The notes under the pieces were generated by a model that saw only the letters and a program-made list of their open reading frames with translations, did no database searches and was not told the origin of the DNA. From an uncultured bacterium (lineage in GTDB: Bacteria > Verrucomicrobiota > Verrucomicrobiia > Limisphaerales > UBA8199): 64,000 bases of DNA. The stretch lies in contig CAVVMW010000005.1 of the NCBI GenBank assembly GCA_963749495.1, positions 384,001 through 448,000 on the forward strand, in the 5' to 3' direction. Position 1 is the first letter of the stretch, and the number at the start of each line of letters is the position of its first letter. Positions 31,753-40,395 of the stretch are shown in pieces. The translations under genes were made by a program, and so were the position numbers.

Positions 31753-32858
31753 TATGGCCTTGCCCGTCAACCCGCGCGGCCTTTAACGCGGCGACAATGC
31801 GGTCCTGGTCGGGTTCACTGAGGAACGGGTGCATCGGCAGGCTCAAGACCTCGCGGGAGGCCCTTTCCGAGACTGGAAAATCGCCCCATTGGCACCCGCA
31901 CGCGGAGAAGACCGGCTGCTCGTGCAGGCATTTCGGGTAATAGACGGCCGTGGGGATGCCCTGCTCCTTCAATTGGGCTGCCACCGCCTCGCGGTTGGGG
32001 ACCCGAATCGTGTATTGGGCATAGACATGGGTGTTGCCCGGCATGACCTCGGGCACGGCGCACACGGAACGGAGCAGTTGGGTGTAGCGCGCTCCGATCC
32101 GGCCGCGCTCCTTCAGCTCCCACTCGAAATGGGGCATTTTGGCCAGGAGCACGGCCGCCTGCAGGGTATCGAACCGGCCATTCATTCCCAGCAACGGGTG
32201 TTCGTGTCGCTTGAGGCCACCGTGGGTCCGAATGGCCCGCATCGTCTCGGCCAGGGCATCGTCATCGGTGAAGAGCGCCCCGCCGTCGCCGTAGCAGCCC
32301 AGGGGCTTGGCCGGGAAAAAGCTGGTGCTGCCGATGCGGGTGACGCCGCAACTGCGGCGCCCGCGCTGGGTTCGCGCCAAAGCTCTGGGCGCCGTCCTCG
32401 ATGACCGGCAATCCGTGCCGGGCGGCGATGGCGTTGATGCGTTGGCAGTCGGGCATTTGGCCAAAGAGGCTCACGGGGACGATGACCCGCGTGCGCGGCG
32501 TGATGGCCTGCTCGAGGAGGCCCGGATCCAGGTTGTAACTGCCCGGCTCGATATCGACGAACACGGGTTTGGCGCCCACCAGGCCGATGACCTCGGCGGT
32601 GCTGATCCAGGTGAAGGGAACGGTGATGACCTCGTCACCCGGGCCGGCGCCGAGGGCGCGCAGGGCGATCTCGAGGCTGTCTGTGCCGCTGGCGGCCGTG
32701 ATGCAGTGCTTCACCCCGACATGGCGAGCCAGCACCGATTCCAGTTCGCCGATCTCCGGTCCCATGATGAACTGGCCGTGGTCGAAGACCGCCCGCATGC
32801 GGGCATCGATCTCGCCCTGGTATGTTCGGTACTGGGTTGCCAGGTCAATGAAGCGCAT
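31742..32858 (-). CDS. DegT-family aminotransferase (WbpE/WlbC-like), frameshift near 32370
   Basis: MRFIDL, FIMGPE, ASGTD, EDGAQSFGA, TSFFPAKPLGCYGDGG. Confidence 0.9.
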
Positions 32859-32893
32859 ATCGCCTTTTCAACATCGGGAGCAATCCCGGCGAG

Positions 32894-33040
32894 CCCCTCA
32901 CCCCGGCCCTCTCCCCATCCGATGGGGAGAGGGAGCAGCTAGGTCTGGCTCTCACGAGCTCCGGCGCGCTGGGACTCGTCGACCGACAACCGACCACCCA
33001 CCCTCTCCCCATCGGATGGGGAGAGGGCCGGGGTGAGGGG
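32894..33040. repeat. Perfect 40-bp inverted repeat pair (REP/BIME-like)
   Basis: CCCCTCACCCCGGCCCTCTCCCCATCCGATGGGGAGAGGG at 32894-32933 and its reverse complement at 33001-33040. Confidence 0.92.
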
Positions 33041-33043
33041 GCC

Positions 33044-34087
33044 TCATTCGACCACACGCCTGCCTGCTTTGCGGGCGTGATATTGTTCCCGGATCCACTC
33101 GTAGGTGGCGCGCAGGCCGGTGTCGAGCGGGGTCGCGGGTTCCCACTTGAGCACCTGGCGGATAAAGGTGTTGTCGCTGTTGCGCCCGGCCACCCCGCGC
33201 GGCGCACTGAGGTCGTATTGGCGCTTGAGCTTGACCCCGGCAATCTTCTCGATCTTGGTCACCAGTTCGTTGATGGTCACCAGCTCGCTCGAGCCGAGAT
33301 TGATGGGTGTGGCGATCAACTCTTCGCAATGCGTGATCTTGTTGATGCCCTGCACGCAGTCCTCGATATACATGAAGCTGCGGGTCTGGGTGCCGTCGCC
33401 CCAGATCTTGATCGTGCCGGTTTTGTTATCGATGGCCTCGATCACCTTCCGGCTGATGGCCGCCGGGGCCTTCTCCCGTCCGCCGTCCCAGGTGCCGTGG
33501 GGGCCATAGACGTTGTGAAAGCGGGCGATGAAGGTCTTGAGGCCACGCTCGGCCCAATACTCCTGGCAGAACATCTCGCTCATGAGCTTCTCCCAGCCGT
33601 AGCCGCGCTCGGCCATGGCCGGGTAGGCGTCCGATTCCTTGAGCGCGCGCACGTTGGGGTCCTTCTGCAGGCAGGTGTTGTAAGCGCAGGCCGAGGATGA
33701 GTAAAAGTAGCGCCGCGCTCCCGCCCGCCAGGCCGACTCGATCATGTGGGTGTTGATGAGGATGCTGCGCAGGCATTCGACGCGAAACCGCTCGATGAAA
33801 CCCATGCCCCCCATGTCCGCCGCCAGGTTATAGACCTCCACGGCCCCTTGGCACACGCGGCGGCAGTTGTCCTCGACGCTGCAATCCAGGCACAAGCTCT
33901 CCACCCCGGGCACCCGCAGGTACCACTCGTAAAGCGGCTTCTTGTCAACGGCCCGAATCCGGGTAAAGCCCTTTTTCTTGAAGTAGAGGGCCAGGTTTCC
34001 CGCTATGAACCCGCCCGCCCCGGCCAGGACGATCAGGTCGTCCGGTTTGGGTTTCGAGTCTTCTTCCGATAATCGTTTCTTATCCAT
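33044..34087 (-). CDS. GDP-mannose 3,5-epimerase-like SDR
   Basis: GAGGFIA, NLAADMGGMGFI, YGWEKL, RFHNVYGPHGTWDGGREKAPAAISRK, GRNSDN (GME signatures). Confidence 0.85.
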   Translation of the reverse strand: MDKKRLSEEDSKPKPDDLIVLAGAGGFIAGNLALYFKKKGFTRIRAVDKKPLYEWYLRVPGVESLCLDCSVEDNCRRVCQGAVEVYNLAADMGGMGFIERFRVECLRSILINTHMIESAWRAGARRYFYSSSACAYNTCLQKDPNVRALKESDAYPAMAERGYGWEKLMSEMFCQEYWAERGLKTFIARFHNVYGPHGTWDGGREKAPAAISRKVIEAIDNKTGTIKIWGDGTQTRSFMYIEDCVQGINKITHCEELIATPINLGSSELVTINELVTKIEKIAGVKLKRQYDLSAPRGVAGRNSDNTFIRQVLKWEPATPLDTGLRATYEWIREQYHARKAGRRVVE

Positions 34088-34119
34088 CGTTCAATGCTCC
34101 TATTAGACCTCGGTTTGAG

Positions 34120-34300
34120 ACGGGCTCCACGATTTCGAAGGCGCGCACCGTGACCTTGGACCGGACGGGCGTCTCTGCCGCGCGAAGCGTTTTGGACTGC
34201 GGCAGTCCTCTGCCGCTTTCACATCGCCAGGGCCCAAAAAGCGGCAGAGGACTGCCGCAGTCCAAAACCTTGCGGGCTTCGCGTCCCTTCAAGGAGACCG
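34120..34300. repeat. Family-Y element, copy 3
   Basis: TTTTGGACTGCGGCAGTCCTCTGCCGCTTT...AAAGCGGCAGAGGACTGCCGCAGTCCAAAA perfect inverted pair. Confidence 0.88.
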
Positions 34301-34479
34301 CCGAGGGCCGAGGGGCGGCCGTTCTCTGTTCACTCGACACTCGGGGGAAGGGCAGGCTTCGCCCCCGTCAGTTCGCGGGGCTTTCAGCCCGCCAACCGAC
34401 TCCACGATGACACCGGCCGCGGCGGCGGCCTCGCGGCCTGCCCCGCGCCGGCGGCATTCTGTGCCGGTCCCAATCGCCT

Positions 34480-35013
34480 TCAACGCCCTAAAATCTTTAC
34501 GACCAGCGGGAGGAATCGCCGCGTGTTTTTCTCCCAGCTTTGCAGGAGCTTAACCCGCCGGGCGGCGTGTTCGCGTTCTTCGGGCGGGCACTGCATGACC
34601 AGCCCGGCCATCCGCCCCGCCCGATCCTCACGGCCATCCAGGTGCGGCAGGACTCGCTCCCGCGCAAATCGCACGGCCACGTTGCGCAATTCCGCCACCG
34701 CCTCATAGTGCCGGGGCCGTTGCCCTGCCACATAGACGACCCGAACCGCGCCCAGGCCCTGCAAGAACCTCAGCCCCGTGCACGCCGAACCGCGGCTCAG
34801 GTCCAGCCGCTCGATGCACTGGTCCATCGTCAGCGGGCGCCCCGAGAGGAACAGCAGCCCATAGACCTCCGCGACCGACCCGGGCAGCCCCAGCAGCCGC
34901 GCCAACTGGACGAACCAGTCAATGACTTCCCGCTCCAGCGGGCTCAGTCGCGCCGCTGAGGTTCGTTCCGGCCGTTCCGGGGCCTTCCCTTTCTGGGCAG
35001 GAGCCAACAGCAT
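34480..35013 (-). CDS. GbsR/MarR-family transcriptional regulator
   Basis: LGLPGSVAEVYGLLFLSGRPLTMDQ...LSRGSA...GAVRVVYVAG.R..HYEA. Confidence 0.85.
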   Translation of the reverse strand: MLLAPAQKGKAPERPERTSAARLSPLEREVIDWFVQLARLLGLPGSVAEVYGLLFLSGRPLTMDQCIERLDLSRGSACTGLRFLQGLGAVRVVYVAGQRPRHYEAVAELRNVAVRFARERVLPHLDGREDRAGRMAGLVMQCPPEEREHAARRVKLLQSWEKNTRRFLPLVVKILGR

Positions 35014-35080
35014 GTCATTGATTAAATCATCGAGTTCGAATCATTCAAGGCAAAAGGAATGCCGCCCGGACCCGCCCGCA

Positions 35081-35611
35081 TCATTGGGCCAGGATCGCCG
35101 CCAGGTGCGGGAGCAAGCGGCGCACGTTCCGCTCCCAGTTCTGCAAGGTCTTGAGCCGCCCGGCCAAGCGCGCCCGCTGGTCCCGCGGCAGTTGCCGGAC
35201 CAGGCGCGCCGCTCGCTGCAACCGCGCGCGGCTGGTGTCCAGGTGCGCTACCAAGCGCTCCTGCAGCAAGCGCGTCATCAGGCCGTGCAGCTCCGCCACC
35301 GCCTCGTAGTGCATCCGCCGGTCCCCCGCCACATAGACGATTCTCACCGCCCCGATGCTCCGCAGGAAATTCAAGTCCTGGTAGGCCGCGCCCCGGCTCA
35401 GCCCGAGCTGCCCGGCCAGGTCCTCGACCGCCAGCGGCCGCGCCGAGACAAACAGCAGCCCGTAGGTCTCGGCCAGCGAGGTCGGCCGCCCCCAGGACCG
35501 CGCGAGTTGAACGAAGAGGCCAATGACCTCCAGCTCCAGCGGGCCGAGTCGCACCGCCGGTTTCCCCCGGGAACGGCCGCCTGCGGCCGCTTTCTGGGAA
35601 GGAGCCAGCAT
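35081..35611 (-). CDS. GbsR/MarR-family regulator, tandem paralog
   Basis: WGRPTSLAETYGLLFVSARPL...LSRGAA...GAVRIVYVAGDRRMHYEAVAEL. Confidence 0.85.
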   Translation of the reverse strand: MLAPSQKAAAGGRSRGKPAVRLGPLELEVIGLFVQLARSWGRPTSLAETYGLLFVSARPLAVEDLAGQLGLSRGAAYQDLNFLRSIGAVRIVYVAGDRRMHYEAVAELHGLMTRLLQERLVAHLDTSRARLQRAARLVRQLPRDQRARLAGRLKTLQNWERNVRRLLPHLAAILAQ

Positions 35612-35718
35612 CGTTGGCCGGGGTTTATACCAGCCCCTGTGATTTGTTCAAGAAAAATCGAACGAACCCTCCCCAACCGGGCGTGGCCCGGCACTGCCCC
35701 CGGGGTGGGCCAGTCCTC

Positions 35719-36121
35719 GGGCTGAAAACCCGAAATGTGACAGCCTGGGCTGGAGAGAGCTTGCGAGCGGAGGCCCAGGTCACCGGTCCATAGCCTCCGG
35801 CGCCCTGTAAGAATTCCCCGAACGAATTCGCGCTTTGCGCCCCTGAACCTCGACGTTGCGTCCCCGTCCCGCGCAGCGTTTTGGACTGCCGCAGTCCTCT
35901 GCCGCTTTTGTGTCCCCTCGCTGCCGACGCGAAAGCGGCAGAGGACTGCCGCAGTCCAAAACCTCCGGACTTGGTGTCGGTTCATGGGGAGGGCGCCACC
36001 CTTCAGCACCAAAAGCCATCTTCCGCTCCTACAGGGCGGAGGAAACCTCTCTTTCTGCCCTTACCTGGGGCTGCGCGCTGCGCGCTTCACCCCAGGCTTT
36101 CACATTGCGGGCCTTCGGCCC
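35719..36121. repeat. REPIN-like inverted element with a family-Y copy (about 35808-35995) nested inside
   Basis: Left GGGCTGAAAACCCGAAATGTGACAGCCTGGG versus reverse complement of right arm GGGCCGAAGGCCCGCAATGTGAAAGCCTGGG. Confidence 0.75.
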
Positions 36122-37083
36122 TCTTCACGCGCGAGGAAATCGTCGTAAGCCAGGCGGATGCCCGTCTCCAGGTCCACCTGCGGCCGCCAACCCAAGGCGA
36201 AGAGCCTCGAACTGTCCAGCAGCTTGCGCGGCGTGCCGTCCGGCTTCGTCCTATCCCACAGCACCTCGCCCGGGTAACCGACGACCCGCTTCACGGTCTG
36301 GGCCAGTTCGCGCACGGACACCTCGCTGCCGGACCCTGCGTTGATGAAGAGGTCGCCGCTGTAATGGCGCATGAGGAACACGCACGCGCGGGCCAGGTCG
36401 TCCGAGCAAAGGAACTCGCGCAACGGGGCGCCTGAGCCCCAGCAGGTGAGGCTCGGCGCTCCGGCGGTTTTGGCCTCGTGAAATCGCCGGATCAGGGAAG
36501 GCAACACGTGCGAACGGAAGGGGTCATAGGTGTCATTGACGCCGTAGAGGTTGGCCGGCATGGCGCTGATGAAATCACAGTTGTATTGGCGACGATAGGC
36601 CTCGCACAGCTTGAGGCCGGCGAGCTTGGCGACGCCGTACCACTGGTTGGTCGGTTCCAGGGGCCCCGTGAGCAGGTACTCCTCCTTGAGCGGTTGGGGC
36701 GCCAGCTTCGGATAGACGCACGAACTGCCCAGGAACAAGAGCTTGCGCACCCCCGCTTGCCAGGCGCCGTGAATCAGGTTGTTCTGGATTTGCAGGTTCT
36801 CGAAGAGAAACTGCCCCGGGAGCCGATCGTTGGCCAGGATGCCGCCGACCCGGGCCGCCGCGATGAAGACGTATTCCGGCCTTTCCCGCGCGTAGAAGTC
36901 CCGCACCGCCGCGCCGTCCAGCAGATCGAGTTCCGTTCGGCTCCTCCCGACCAGGCGGGTGAAGCCCTGCCGTTGCAGTTCGCGCCATATGGCGCTGCCG
37001 GCCAATCCGAGGTGGCCGGCCACGTAGATGACACTCTCTGGCCGCAGGGGCGGCGCCTGGTCTTTGTCGTTGACTTCAACCAT
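36100..37083 (-). CDS. fcl: GDP-L-fucose synthase
   Basis: IYVAGHLGLAGSA, AARVGGILAN, FLGSSCVYP, LEPTN.WY..AK, WGSG...REF, PDGTPRK. Confidence 0.93.
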   Translation of the reverse strand: MVEVNDKDQAPPLRPESVIYVAGHLGLAGSAIWRELQRQGFTRLVGRSRTELDLLDGAAVRDFYARERPEYVFIAAARVGGILANDRLPGQFLFENLQIQNNLIHGAWQAGVRKLLFLGSSCVYPKLAPQPLKEEYLLTGPLEPTNQWYGVAKLAGLKLCEAYRRQYNCDFISAMPANLYGVNDTYDPFRSHVLPSLIRRFHEAKTAGAPSLTCWGSGAPLREFLCSDDLARACVFLMRHYSGDLFINAGSGSEVSVRELAQTVKRVVGYPGEVLWDRTKPDGTPRKLLDSSRLFALGWRPQVDLETGIRLAYDDFLAREEGRRPAM

Positions 37084-37099
37084 GGACCAATCTGCCTTA

Positions 37100-37259
37100 G
37101 TCGGCGGTAATGAATAAAGGTGGCAACCTGCCTTGGTCTTTTGCCGGCCAGCTTCGTTGCTCGCTCGTTACAGATCCATGCGGATATGCGCCTCGCTCGC
37201 GCCTCGCTGGCCGCCAAAACCCCGGCGGCATCTTGCCACCTTTATTCATTACCGCCTCC
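37100..37259. mobile_element. MITE, 160 bp, with about 27-bp TIRs and a TTA target duplication
   Basis: GTCGGCGGTAATGAATAAAGGTGGCAA ... TTGCCACCTTTATTCATTACCGCCTCC; TTA at 37097-37099 and 37260-37262. Confidence 0.8.
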
Positions 37260-40163
37260 TTAACTCCGGGTCAATTGCAGGCCCGTTTCCGAGACATTGA
37301 ACGCCACAAACCGCGCCCGGGCGTTAGGGGGGTTCTGGGTTAGCGTGCGCTTGATCCGCACCGCGGCGTCCTCATCCTTGCCGAAGAGCAGCAGGTAACC
37401 GCCTCCCCCGGCCCCGAGCAGCTTTGCGGCGGCTAGATGGTCGCTGATGGGTTCGAGGATCTGCTGCACAGCGGGCGGATTGGTGCCGGCATCCACCTGC
37501 TGGTTCAGCCGCCAGCTATTGCGAATCGCCGCCAGCAACGCCTCGTAGTCGCACCGTTGCACGGCCGCGCTCGCCAAATCGGCGTTGGCGCCGATGTCCG
37601 CGATGACGCCCAGGTGCGAGGGCGAATTAAGGAAGATGCCCCGCACGATCTCCGCCAGGATGTTCTTGGCCAGCCGGGTCAGGCCGGTGTAGTAGAGCAG
37701 GATGGAACGATTGGCGTAGCCGGCGCCGAAGAGATGCTCCGGCAGCCAGCGCAAGGTCGGTTTTTGTGAAAGGCCCGGGCCCGTCTCGATCAGCTTGATG
37801 CCGCGGAAGATGGCCCCCGCCTGGTCCTGCCAGCCGCCGCCGGTCGTGAGCATTTGTTCCAGCGCGAGCGTGCGCGCAAAGAGCACATTCCGGTCCCAGC
37901 CCAGGCCGCACGAGTCGCCCAGCGCCGCCAGCACGGTGGCGGCCAGGATGCTGCTGGTGCCCAGGCCCGAGCCTTTGGGCACCGCCGAGAGCAACGACAG
38001 CTCGATGCCGCCGCCGAAATCCCTGAGTTGCGCCGCCAGCGAGGCGCAACCGCCGCCGGCGTGAAAGCGCGGCAGAAACCCCGCCAGCGCGAACGCGGCC
38101 TTGGCCAGCGCAAAATCGCTCCCCGGCCGCGCGAACCCCTCGAGTTGCTCGTAGTCCGTTACGCGCTCCTCGACCCCGAGGTCAATCGAGCGCATCACCA
38201 ACTCCGGCCGTTCCGTCAACCGGGCAAAGACCTGTATCGGCGGCTGGCCGTTGAGGTCGGCCGCCAGGTTCAGCACCCTGCCTCCGTGCTCGATGCAGTA
38301 AGGCGGCGTGTCGGTCCAGCCGCCGGCAAGGTCGAACCGGACGGGGCTGCGCGCCCAGACGATTTGGTCCTCCTTGAGGTCCGCCCGCGGCAGCGCCGGC
38401 AACAGCCGCGCCTCGCGCACAATCAGTTCGCGCAGGCAGGCGAACGACTCCGCCTCGCACTCGCGCCAATCGGCCCCCTGTCGATGGCGCAGGACCGCCG
38501 AGCGGAACATCCGGTCATGGACCCGTTGCATCGGATCGTCCAGCGCGCTAAAGCTCAACTGGGGCAACTCCGCGCCGGCCTCGGCAAAGGCGCGGGCCGT
38601 CGATTCCAGGTCAAGGCGGAAAAACACGCTGCGCCGGAAGTGCTCGAGCATCGGCAACAGGCACCCCTGGCGAAGCCGGCGCCGCTGTTGGCAGAGGCGC
38701 TCCAGGTTGACTTGCTCGCAAACCTCGTCGGCTGAGAGGCGCGGCCCCTCCCGCCACAGTTGCGCCCAGCGCGCTTCCTGGCGCGGCGCCGGCGCAAACA
38801 GCCATTCCACAAAGCCAGGCTCCAGGCCGCCCTCGCCCAGCACCGGAAACAGCGGGCAGGCCTGGATGTCCGCCTTGACCTCCAGCCCACACTGCTCCGG
38901 CTCCAAACCCCGCGCCCGGAACCACTCGATTGCCGGGCGGCCCAGCCAGCGGGTTGCCGCATCCCCCAGCCTCCCCTGGAACGGGTCGTCAATGCCGTAG
39001 GGGCGGATGCAAAAACCGCTCCCGCCCACCGGCACGAAATCCAGGCACACGCCGGGAGGCAGGTGCAGTGCCCAGTCGTTCTCCGGCACGCCCGTGATGA
39101 CGTGCTGGCTGGTAAGCTGCCAGCGCGCGGGCACGATGCTGTTTTCCACCCAGAAGGTGTGGTTTTCTTCCCGCCGCAAACCGACCTCGAACCTCGAGTT
39201 CTGAGTCACCTGGTCCGGCTGTTGGGAGGCGCCCGCCGTGCCCACCTTGGTCTCATCGAGCACCAGGTTCTGCAGCGCGACCACCGACTCGATCATCTGC
39301 CGGCTGCTGCCGAAATGGTAGAACTGCGCGTCGGGCAGCGGCACCACCGCGCAACTCAGGGGGCCAATCAGGGGGTCCGGGAGCGAGGGCGAACTGCCCA
39401 GCGCCAGGCCGAACTGGGCATACAACTCGTAGGACCGCGCCCGCCCGCCCTGGAAATGGTCTCCCTGCCAGCCGCACCGTTCCATCAGCACCGCCACCGC
39501 CCGCCCGCTCAGGAGCCACATGCCCGTATTGACCAGGCAGAGATAGCTTTCGGCCAGCTCACGGATACGGGAGGCCGGCGGCTTTTGCAGAAAGAACGCC
39601 AACTCGGTCGGCCGGTGCCGGGGCGCAAAGAAGACCCCGAAGTCCTTCGCCTTTTCCGGCGCGACCCACATCCCCAGCCCCAGCACGTCCACCTGGGGAA
39701 AGGGCGGCAGTTCGCGCGGCAGCCGCAGCAACACGTCCCCGCTGGTCACCATCGCCGCCGTCTGGGCGCCGGCCTGGCCCAAGACCCGCTCGTACTCGGG
39801 CAGTTGCAGATCCAGCAGCGACTGGTCCAGACGCTGCCCGCGCGCCCAACGGAACACCGGAACCGGCATCAGCAGCTTGCCCGTGGGCGCATACGCCGGC
39901 AGGCGCCGGCTCCGGCCGCCGGCGTGCAGGATGAGCTTGCGATTCCGCCCAAGCCACTCGCCCAGGCTCATTCCCGGCCCGGTCGCCCGCCAGGCCTCCG
40001 CCAGCAGGTTGGCCGCGCCCCCTCCCGAGCCAAGCGATTGGCCGGGCGGATCGGAGGTGGCAAACCACGCCGGCCGCCGCCGCCCCTCCAGCCGCTCGAA
40101 CTCCTCCGCCATGCGCGGCGGCAGCGTCAACAGGTACTGGATGGGCCCCATCGTCGCTTCCAC
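37260..40163 (-). CDS. fkp: Bifunctional L-fucokinase / GDP-fucose pyrophosphorylase
   Basis: SDPPG..LGSGGG, HAGGRSRRLPAY, VPVFRWARGQ, ARSPVRFDLAGGWTDTPP, PKGSGLGTSS, GGGWQDQ. Confidence 0.93.
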   Translation of the reverse strand: MEATMGPIQYLLTLPPRMAEEFERLEGRRRPAWFATSDPPGQSLGSGGGAANLLAEAWRATGPGMSLGEWLGRNRKLILHAGGRSRRLPAYAPTGKLLMPVPVFRWARGQRLDQSLLDLQLPEYERVLGQAGAQTAAMVTSGDVLLRLPRELPPFPQVDVLGLGMWVAPEKAKDFGVFFAPRHRPTELAFFLQKPPASRIRELAESYLCLVNTGMWLLSGRAVAVLMERCGWQGDHFQGGRARSYELYAQFGLALGSSPSLPDPLIGPLSCAVVPLPDAQFYHFGSSRQMIESVVALQNLVLDETKVGTAGASQQPDQVTQNSRFEVGLRREENHTFWVENSIVPARWQLTSQHVITGVPENDWALHLPPGVCLDFVPVGGSGFCIRPYGIDDPFQGRLGDAATRWLGRPAIEWFRARGLEPEQCGLEVKADIQACPLFPVLGEGGLEPGFVEWLFAPAPRQEARWAQLWREGPRLSADEVCEQVNLERLCQQRRRLRQGCLLPMLEHFRRSVFFRLDLESTARAFAEAGAELPQLSFSALDDPMQRVHDRMFRSAVLRHRQGADWRECEAESFACLRELIVREARLLPALPRADLKEDQIVWARSPVRFDLAGGWTDTPPYCIEHGGRVLNLAADLNGQPPIQVFARLTERPELVMRSIDLGVEERVTDYEQLEGFARPGSDFALAKAAFALAGFLPRFHAGGGCASLAAQLRDFGGGIELSLLSAVPKGSGLGTSSILAATVLAALGDSCGLGWDRNVLFARTLALEQMLTTGGGWQDQAGAIFRGIKLIETGPGLSQKPTLRWLPEHLFGAGYANRSILLYYTGLTRLAKNILAEIVRGIFLNSPSHLGVIADIGANADLASAAVQRCDYEALLAAIRNSWRLNQQVDAGTNPPAVQQILEPISDHLAAAKLLGAGGGGYLLLFGKDEDAAVRIKRTLTQNPPNARARFVAFNVSETGLQLTRS

Positions 40164-40306
40164 CTGGTGTCTCCTTGAGGGCCGAAAAAACCCGCCCTCG
40201 AGTTGTTGTCAATCCCGTGTGCCTCCCAGCCGGGCCTGCAGAAGTAACCGGCCGCCTCCGACCCAATCAGGCCGGAGGAGCCTGTGACCAGGAGCCGCTT
40301 CGACAT
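40160..40306 (-). pseudogene. N-terminal remnant (49 codons) of an RfbE-like NAD-dependent epimerase
   Basis: MSKRLLVTGSSGLIGSEAAGYF...GIDNNSRAGFFGPQGDTRW, then runs out of frame into the fkp start. Confidence 0.8.
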
Positions 40307-40314
40307 AGAAGGCC

Positions 40315-40344
40315 AATCTAGCCAGCACCACCGCCCAGAGGCAA
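40315..40344 (-). promoter_or_regulatory. Putative sigma70-type promoter at the head of the polysaccharide locus
   Basis: Minus strand TTGCCT-N18-TAGATT, 8 nt upstream of ATG 40306. Confidence 0.35.
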
Positions 40345-40395
40345 GGGATATTGCAAAGCCTTGATCTTTGTGCCCCAACCGGGCATAACGGGGGC

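Noticed and set aside
10126..36121. Intergenic palindromes as integron attC sites
   Set aside because: No consistent RYYYAAC/GTTRRRY core boxes and no integrase in the window.
40326..40337. ops/JUMPstart-like GGCGGTGG at the head of the locus
   Set aside because: Mismatch to GGCGGTAG, lies inside the candidate promoter spacer, and no RfaH/UpxY gene in the window.
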